Positions 58,522 to 64,000 of a stretch of 64,000 nucleotides of DNA are shown here, in pieces. Source of the stretch: Minisyncoccota bacterium (GTDB taxonomy: Archaea; Nanobdellota; Nanobdellia; Pacearchaeales; GW2011-AR1); the NCBI GenBank assembly GCA_035453125.1, contig DAOTCN010000002.1, positions 72,289-136,288 on the forward strand, written 5' to 3'. The stretch's first letter is position 1; every line of letters starts with the position of its first letter. Made by a program: the position numbers and the translations under genes. Under the pieces are notes generated by a model. The model worked only from the letters and a program-made list of their open reading frames with translations, did not search any database and had not been told where the DNA came from.

Positions 58522-58770
58522 TTAAAATAATTTATTATACTCCTTAATATCTTTTTTATTTAGGTTCAAATCTTCCCAATAAGTCTTCTTATTTTGATCA
58601 AAATGTAATTCTAAAAAACTTTTTTTTGTTATCTTTGAAAAAAGGTATGTTAAACCTACTCCAAAAATGTAAACTAATGTTAAAAGAAAGGAATTTACAA
58701 TTACTGAAATGGTTTCAAAAAAAGACTTTTGGCCTTCTTTAAATCCGCTGATAAAATACTTAAAATTCAT
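58522..58770 (-). CDS. Small membrane protein resembling the C-terminal half of SxtJ
   Basis: TM LLTLVYIFGVGL followed by the ..TYW.. motif; adjacent to the carbamoyltransferase. Confidence 0.55.
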   Translation of the reverse strand: MNFKYFISGFKEGQKSFFETISVIVNSFLLTLVYIFGVGLTYLFSKITKKSFLELHFDQNKKTYWEDLNLNKKDIKEYNKLF

Positions 58771-58976
58771 TTTAAAAAAGCTTTTAGTAAGCTACCCAAA
58801 AAAACAATGCTTAAAGTAATTAAAAAAACTGAAAAAATCCCTGTTAATTTATTTATTTTACCAAAAAGTAATAAAACAAAATATAAAACAAAAGTAAAAA
58901 ATAAATAAGAGAATAGGAAACCTATAATTTTCCCAATATTTTTTCTTTTTTCAAATTTAAGACTCATAAAAATCAA
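58767..58976 (-). CDS. Small 2-TM membrane protein (possible N-terminal half of SxtJ)
   Basis: Two hydrophobic segments; 4-nt overlap with the next ORF. Confidence 0.45.
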   Translation of the reverse strand: MIFMSLKFEKRKNIGKIIGFLFSYLFFTFVLYFVLLLFGKINKLTGIFSVFLITLSIVFLGSLLKAFLK

Positions 58977-59039
58977 AAAAAAGATTAGTTTATAAATATA
59001 TATAGAATAATCAATAAAACAACAAGACTTAAAAACTGA

Positions 59040-60212
59040 CTAAATGCTATTAGTTACCTGATCAAAAACTTCTTTTAACTTCTTATTTTTTAATTCAATT
59101 GAAAATTTAGTTTTCGCTAATTTTAAACCTTCTTGACCCATTTTTATTCTTAGTTTATTATTTTTAGATAATTTAATTATTGCATCTGATATGTCTTTTA
59201 TAACTCTTTCATCGATATTTTTTATATCTTCAATAAATTCTTTTGATCTCATATTTGAAGGATATTCTGGTGAAAAATAACCCTTAATCTTATTTGAAGG
59301 TTTAATAATTATAGCATTTTTATTAGTTATATAATCTCGAACTGCATAAGTATCTAAAGCAATAATAGGAATTCCATAACTCATTGGTTCTAAAAGAGCC
59401 ATTAGTGAATAGGAATGTCCTGGACAAAGAAAGATATCTGAATTAAAAATAAGATTTTCAAAATCTTCTTTAGGTAATTCTTCTTCAACAAAATTTAACC
59501 TTTCAATAGAGCTATATTTAACTTTTATTTCTTCTGGAATTTTACATCTTAATGTGAAATAAATATTATTTATTTTTTTAGATGCTTTTATAAATGATTC
59601 AATCGCTTCTAATCCTCCTTTAGTATAAAAATCATCAGGATTAGCCATAGATCCTATAAAAATAATTTTTATTTTATCTGAATATTCTTTTTTATTATTT
59701 ATTTCAGGTATTTTAACAGCAGCACGTATTAACTTTATTTTATTCATAATAATCTTATCATCACTGAAATACTTTTTCATTATTTTTAAACTTGATTCAT
59801 TAACAATTATAATACTTTTACAAAAATGTGAAGAAAGTTTGTTTTTTATTTCACCCAACTTTTGATTAAACAAATTATAATCATAACCAGCCATACTTGT
59901 AGGGTTATCTAAAATTTCAATAATATAATTTTGATTTATGTCTAAAGGTATTGTTGAAAAAACAAGATCTGCCTCTTTTGGTATTTTGACTGATGAGAGA
60001 TAATCTATTGCTTTAAGAGTATTAATTTTCTGTTTAATAAGTTTTTTATAAAAAAGTTTTACTATTTTTAATTTTATAATAAAATTATAAAATTTCTGTT
60101 TAAAATTTTCTTTTTTTAATATGAATATATAACCTTCTGGAGGGTTAGCAACCATCAGTTTTGTTTGTGAATGCATGCTAGGAAATTGATGTGCAAAAAA
60201 TATTTTTTTCAT
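59040..60212 (-). CDS. GT4 glycosyltransferase
   Basis: IFIGS, KGG..AIE, LEPMSYGIPIIA. Confidence 0.82.
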   Translation of the reverse strand: MKKIFFAHQFPSMHSQTKLMVANPPEGYIFILKKENFKQKFYNFIIKLKIVKLFYKKLIKQKINTLKAIDYLSSVKIPKEADLVFSTIPLDINQNYIIEILDNPTSMAGYDYNLFNQKLGEIKNKLSSHFCKSIIIVNESSLKIMKKYFSDDKIIMNKIKLIRAAVKIPEINNKKEYSDKIKIIFIGSMANPDDFYTKGGLEAIESFIKASKKINNIYFTLRCKIPEEIKVKYSSIERLNFVEEELPKEDFENLIFNSDIFLCPGHSYSLMALLEPMSYGIPIIALDTYAVRDYITNKNAIIIKPSNKIKGYFSPEYPSNMRSKEFIEDIKNIDERVIKDISDAIIKLSKNNKLRIKMGQEGLKLAKTKFSIELKNKKLKEVFDQVTNSI

Positions 60213-60373
60213 ATTTTAATTGATTCTATTAATATTTAAAAACATTTTTAATATTTATATTTTAATTTCTAATAATCTCAAAAATTGTTTAAATGTTACT
60301 ATTAAAAACAAGTATAAAAATTGAAAAAGAAAAACAAATAAATCTTTTTAAACAGACTTTTTTTGTATAATCT

Positions 60374-61423
60374 ATGAAAAAAACAGCACTGATAACTGGA
60401 GTTACTGGTCAAGATGGAAGTTATTTATCTGAACTTTTGTTGAATAAAGGTTATGATGTGCATGGTATTATTCGAAGAAGTAGCACTTTAAATACAGAAA
60501 GGGTTGATCATCTTTTTAAAGATATACATGAAAAAAACAATAGTTTTCATTTACATTATGGTGACTTAACTGATTCAGGTTGTATATCTGATATAATAAG
60601 AAGAATAATGCCAGATGAAGTATATAACCTTGGGGCACAGAGTCATGTTAGGATAAGTTTTGATATGCCGGAATATACTTCAAATGTAGTAGCATTAGGT
60701 CCTTTAAGAATACTTGAATCAATTAAAAATTTCTGTAAAGATGCAAGATATTATCAAGCTTCTTCAAGTGAAATGTTTGGAAAAGTAGTAGAAATTCCAC
60801 AAAATGAAGAAACTCCTTTTTATCCGAGAAGTCCGTATGGATGTTCAAAAACATTTGGTTATTGGATAACAAAAAATTATAGGGAAAGTTATGGTCTTCA
60901 TGCTTCAAATGGAATATTGTTTAACCATGAGTCTGAAAGAAGAGGTATAAATTTTGTTACAAAAAAAGTGAGTCGGGGACTTTCAAGAATAAAACTTGGA
61001 TTGGATGATAAATTATACTTAGGAAACCTTGATGCAAAAAGAGACTGGGGACATGCAAAAGATTTTGTTAAAGCAATGTGGCTAATTCTACAACAAGAAA
61101 GGCCAGATGATTATGTTATTGCAACTGGTGAAACACATACAGTTAGAGAATTTATTGAAAGAGGGGCAAAATTATTAGATATTAACTTAAGTTGGTCTGG
61201 AAATGGGATTCATGAAATTGGACTTAATCTAGATAATGGTAAAACTATAATTGAGATTGATCAAAGATATTTTAGACCTTCAGAAGTTGATTTATTAGTT
61301 GGTGATCCTAAAAAGGCAAAAAAAGTACTTGGATGGGAACCTGAAATAAAATTTGAAGAACTTGTAAAGATTATGGTTGAAAATGATTTAGAATATGAAA
61401 AAAGATTTATGAAAAAAGATTAA
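60374..61423 (+). CDS. gmd: GDP-mannose 4,6-dehydratase
   Basis: [45 protein letters not shown]. Confidence 0.96.
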   Translation: MKKTALITGVTGQDGSYLSELLLNKGYDVHGIIRRSSTLNTERVDHLFKDIHEKNNSFHLHYGDLTDSGCISDIIRRIMPDEVYNLGAQSHVRISFDMPEYTSNVVALGPLRILESIKNFCKDARYYQASSSEMFGKVVEIPQNEETPFYPRSPYGCSKTFGYWITKNYRESYGLHASNGILFNHESERRGINFVTKKVSRGLSRIKLGLDDKLYLGNLDAKRDWGHAKDFVKAMWLILQQERPDDYVIATGETHTVREFIERGAKLLDINLSWSGNGIHEIGLNLDNGKTIIEIDQRYFRPSEVDLLVGDPKKAKKVLGWEPEIKFEELVKIMVENDLEYEKRFMKKD

Positions 61424-61425
61424 AA

Positions 61426-62610
61426 ATGAAAGAAACAATTGGAGTAGGGTGTGCAGATATTTCTAAATTAGAAAAAAAATATATTTCTCAAGTATTAAAA
61501 TCTGAAAGATTATCTTACGGTCCTTTTATAAGAAAATTTGAAGAAGAGTTTTCTAAAGGACATGAAACTAAATTTGGAATTGCTGTAAATAGTGGAACTG
61601 ATGCATTAAGAATTGCTATTTCTTGTTTAAAAGAAAAAGAAAAATGGAATGATGGTGATGAGATAATATGTCCTGCTGTAACTTTTATTGCTTCATCTAA
61701 TGTAATCTTACAAAATAACTTAAATCCTGTATTTGTAGATGTTGAAAGAGATACATACAACATAGACCCAAATCAAATTTCTGATAAGATAACTGATAAA
61801 ACTAGAGCAATAATGCCAGTACATTTATTTGGGCAACCCGCAGATATGCAACCAATAGTTGATATATCAAAAAATAGAGAATTAAAAATAATGGAGGATT
61901 CTTGTGAAACTATGTTTGCTAAATATCATGAAAAAAGTGTTGGATCTTTTGGAGAAATTGGGTGTTTTTCAACATATGTAGCACACTTGATTGTTACTGG
62001 TGTTGGTGGTTTGGCAATAACAAATAATTTAGAATATGCTGAGATTATGAGAAGCCTTGCAAATCATGGTAGAGATGGAATTTATATCTCAATTGATGAT
62101 GATAATCAAGTAACTCAGGAAATTGTTGAAAAAAGATTTAAGTTTATAAGAGAAGGATTTAGTTCTCGTATAACTGAACTTGAAGGAGCTTTAGGATTAG
62201 CACAATTAGAAAGAAAAGATGAAATTTTAAAAAAAAGAAAAAGAAATGCACGTGAGTTAATATCTAAATTGAGTTTGTACGAAAACTATATACAATTACC
62301 TGTAGAAAAGTCTGACAGAGATCACGTTTATATGATGTTTCCTATTGTAATAAAAGATGAAAGTAAAATTAAAAAAAGAGATTTAGTAATGTTTCTTGAA
62401 AATAATAATATCGAAACAAGAGACATGCTACCTTTAACTAATCAACCTATTTATACAAAAAGATTTGGAGAAGAATTTGAAGATCAATTTCCTGTTGCAA
62501 AATGGATAAATAATAATGGATTTTATATTGGTTGTCATCAAAAAATAAGTTCAGATGAATTAGAGTATATTATTGATAAATTTGGGGAATTTTTTAAAAA
62601 ATATGGATAA
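61426..62610 (+). CDS. DegT/DnrJ-fold PLP enzyme with His at the catalytic Lys position (ColD-like 3-dehydratase)
   Basis: VNSGTDAL, EDSCE, FSTYVAHLIVTGVGG (compare aminotransferase FSFFGNKT and ColD FSSFYSHH). Confidence 0.8.
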   Translation: MKETIGVGCADISKLEKKYISQVLKSERLSYGPFIRKFEEEFSKGHETKFGIAVNSGTDALRIAISCLKEKEKWNDGDEIICPAVTFIASSNVILQNNLNPVFVDVERDTYNIDPNQISDKITDKTRAIMPVHLFGQPADMQPIVDISKNRELKIMEDSCETMFAKYHEKSVGSFGEIGCFSTYVAHLIVTGVGGLAITNNLEYAEIMRSLANHGRDGIYISIDDDNQVTQEIVEKRFKFIREGFSSRITELEGALGLAQLERKDEILKKRKRNARELISKLSLYENYIQLPVEKSDRDHVYMMFPIVIKDESKIKKRDLVMFLENNNIETRDMLPLTNQPIYTKRFGEEFEDQFPVAKWINNNGFYIGCHQKISSDELEYIIDKFGEFFKKYG

Positions 62611-63535
62611 TTATTTCAAAGACAAAAATGTATTGCTCACGGGTGGAGCTGGTTTTCTTGGTAGCTTCGTAGATGAAAATTTAAAAAAAAGAGAAGCTAA
62701 GACATTTATTCCGAGATCAAAAGAATGGGATTTAAGAGATTATTCAAGAGTTCGTGAATTATTTAATGAAACTAAACCTGATATAGTTATACATCTTGCT
62801 GTTGATGGTGGTGGAATTGGATACATGAGAGAACACCCCGGAAGTGTATTTTATAATAATTTAATGATGAATACCAACTTAGTTGAATGTTCGAGATTAA
62901 ATAACTTAGAAAAATTTGTTGGTATAGGTACTGTATGCTCTTATCCTAAGTTTACTAGTGTACCTTTTAAGGAGAAAAATTTATGGGAAGGATATCCTGA
63001 AGAAACTAATGCACCATATGGTCTTGCAAAAAAAATGATGATGGTTCAAACACAAGGCTATAAAGAGCAATATGGACTAAATGGAATACACTTGTTATTA
63101 GTAAATTTATATGGGCCAAGAGATGATTTTGATCCTAAAAGCTCTCATGTAATACCTGCTTTAATAAAAAAATTTGATGATGCAATAAAGTCAGATAGTA
63201 AATATGTTGAAGTTTGGGGAACAGGATCAGCATCCCGAGAATTCTTATATGTTGAAGATGCTGCAGAAGGAATTATTTTAGCAACTGAAAGATATAACGA
63301 ATCTGAACCTGTAAACTTAGGCTCTGGAATGGAAATATCTATTAAAGATCTAGTTACAAAAATCTCAGATTTAATGGGTTTTGAGGGTGAGATTATCTGG
63401 GATAAGACCAAACCAGATGGACAACCTAGAAGATGTCTTGATGTATCAAAAGCATATGAAAAATTTGGATTTAAAGCAAAAACAACATTTGATGAAGGAC
63501 TTAAAAAGAGCATCAATTGGTATAAAAATAAATAA
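62603..63535 (+). CDS. fcl: GDP-L-fucose synthase / GDP-colitose synthase-like epimerase-reductase
   Basis: TGGAGFLG, GTVCSYPK, YGLAKK, NLYGP, SHVIPAL, DGQPRR. Probable ATG at 62603. Confidence 0.9.
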   Translation: MDNYFKDKNVLLTGGAGFLGSFVDENLKKREAKTFIPRSKEWDLRDYSRVRELFNETKPDIVIHLAVDGGGIGYMREHPGSVFYNNLMMNTNLVECSRLNNLEKFVGIGTVCSYPKFTSVPFKEKNLWEGYPEETNAPYGLAKKMMMVQTQGYKEQYGLNGIHLLLVNLYGPRDDFDPKSSHVIPALIKKFDDAIKSDSKYVEVWGTGSASREFLYVEDAAEGIILATERYNESEPVNLGSGMEISIKDLVTKISDLMGFEGEIIWDKTKPDGQPRRCLDVSKAYEKFGFKAKTTFDEGLKKSINWYKNK

Positions 63536-63597
63536 AAAATAATACAATTCTCTTTATCGTAATTAAATTTATAAAATAATGGTTCTTAAGGAAAAAT

Positions 63598-64000
63598 ATG
63601 GGAAATAGGGTATTTCTTTTTGAAACATCTACTGAAGATCAAAATAGAACAATGGACATAACCAGTAATAGTTTTAATTATCCTTTTTCAATGGGACTAC
63701 TTTATATTAGTTCTGTACTTAAAGAGAAAGGACATAATGTAATAACAAAAGATTACAGTTATTTTGAAGAAAACAAATGCTTAGAGGATATTAAAAAGGA
63801 GATAATAAATTTTAGACCAGAGGTTGTAGGTATTTCAGTTCTTTCTATGACAAGAGTATCAACTTATAAATCAATTAGACTAATCAAATCAATAAATCCG
63901 GACATAAAAATAATTCTGGGAGGAGTGCATCCAACAGTAATGTATGAACAGTTGCTTAATAACTTTCCGGTTGATGTAGTTTGTATAGGTGAAGCAGAAT
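63598..64000 (+). CDS. B12-binding radical SAM protein, 3'-partial
   Basis: MGNRVFL...MGLLYISSVLKEKG...VVGISVL...ILGGVHPT...IGEAE; open to the window end. Confidence 0.88.
   Translation, partial: MGNRVFLFETSTEDQNRTMDITSNSFNYPFSMGLLYISSVLKEKGHNVITKDYSYFEENKCLEDIKKEIINFRPEVVGISVLSMTRVSTYKSIRLIKSINPDIKIILGGVHPTVMYEQLLNNFPVDVVCIGEAE

Noticed and set aside
53609-58976. Saxitoxin or other secondary-metabolite biosynthesis cluster
   Set aside because: Only the generic carbamoyltransferase/SxtJ/SxtK module is present; no sxtA-like PKS, amidinotransferase or other core genes.

Overview
Very AT-rich archaeal chromosomal segment, most consistent with a reduced-genome DPANN archaeon (Pacearchaeota/Woesearchaeota-like; inferred from the archaeal ribosomal protein set, AglB, AMP phosphorylase plus R15P isomerase and lineage-typical small proteins). 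(1) 1-7 kb, accessory region: an S2P protease; a stand-alone CARF-like gene divergent from a wHTH gene; a second small divergent gene pair; and a diversity-generating retroelement (DGR). The DGR has an RT, a template repeat at 4342-4429 and a variable repeat at 4743-4830, with 19 mismatches all at TR adenines. Its target gene lies downstream of a MoxR-like AAA+ ATPase split by one in-frame TAA, and no Avd gene is visible. (2) 7-10 kb: uL1-uL10-P1/P2 operon, then a free-standing double-motif LAGLIDADG ORF that reads into an intron-containing tRNA-Ser(UGA) and stops inside the intron. (3) 10-15 kb: CPA2 antiporter, AMP phosphorylase, AI-2E transporter. (4) 15-30 kb: S10/spc-type ribosomal superoperon through secY, with two inserted genes and without rpp29 or adk at their usual positions. 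(5) 30-64 kb: surface proteins and a large glycosylation locus. It includes AglB, a GPT/AglH-like transferase, many GTs, four radical SAM enzymes, two carbamoyltransferases with SxtJ/SxtK-like partners, and a Gmd + ColD-like + Fcl/ColC trio. Interspersed are a DEAD-box helicase, QueC and a mini aIF5A-like protein. No rRNA genes or CRISPR array were seen. All family calls come from motifs read by eye; no database searches were run.
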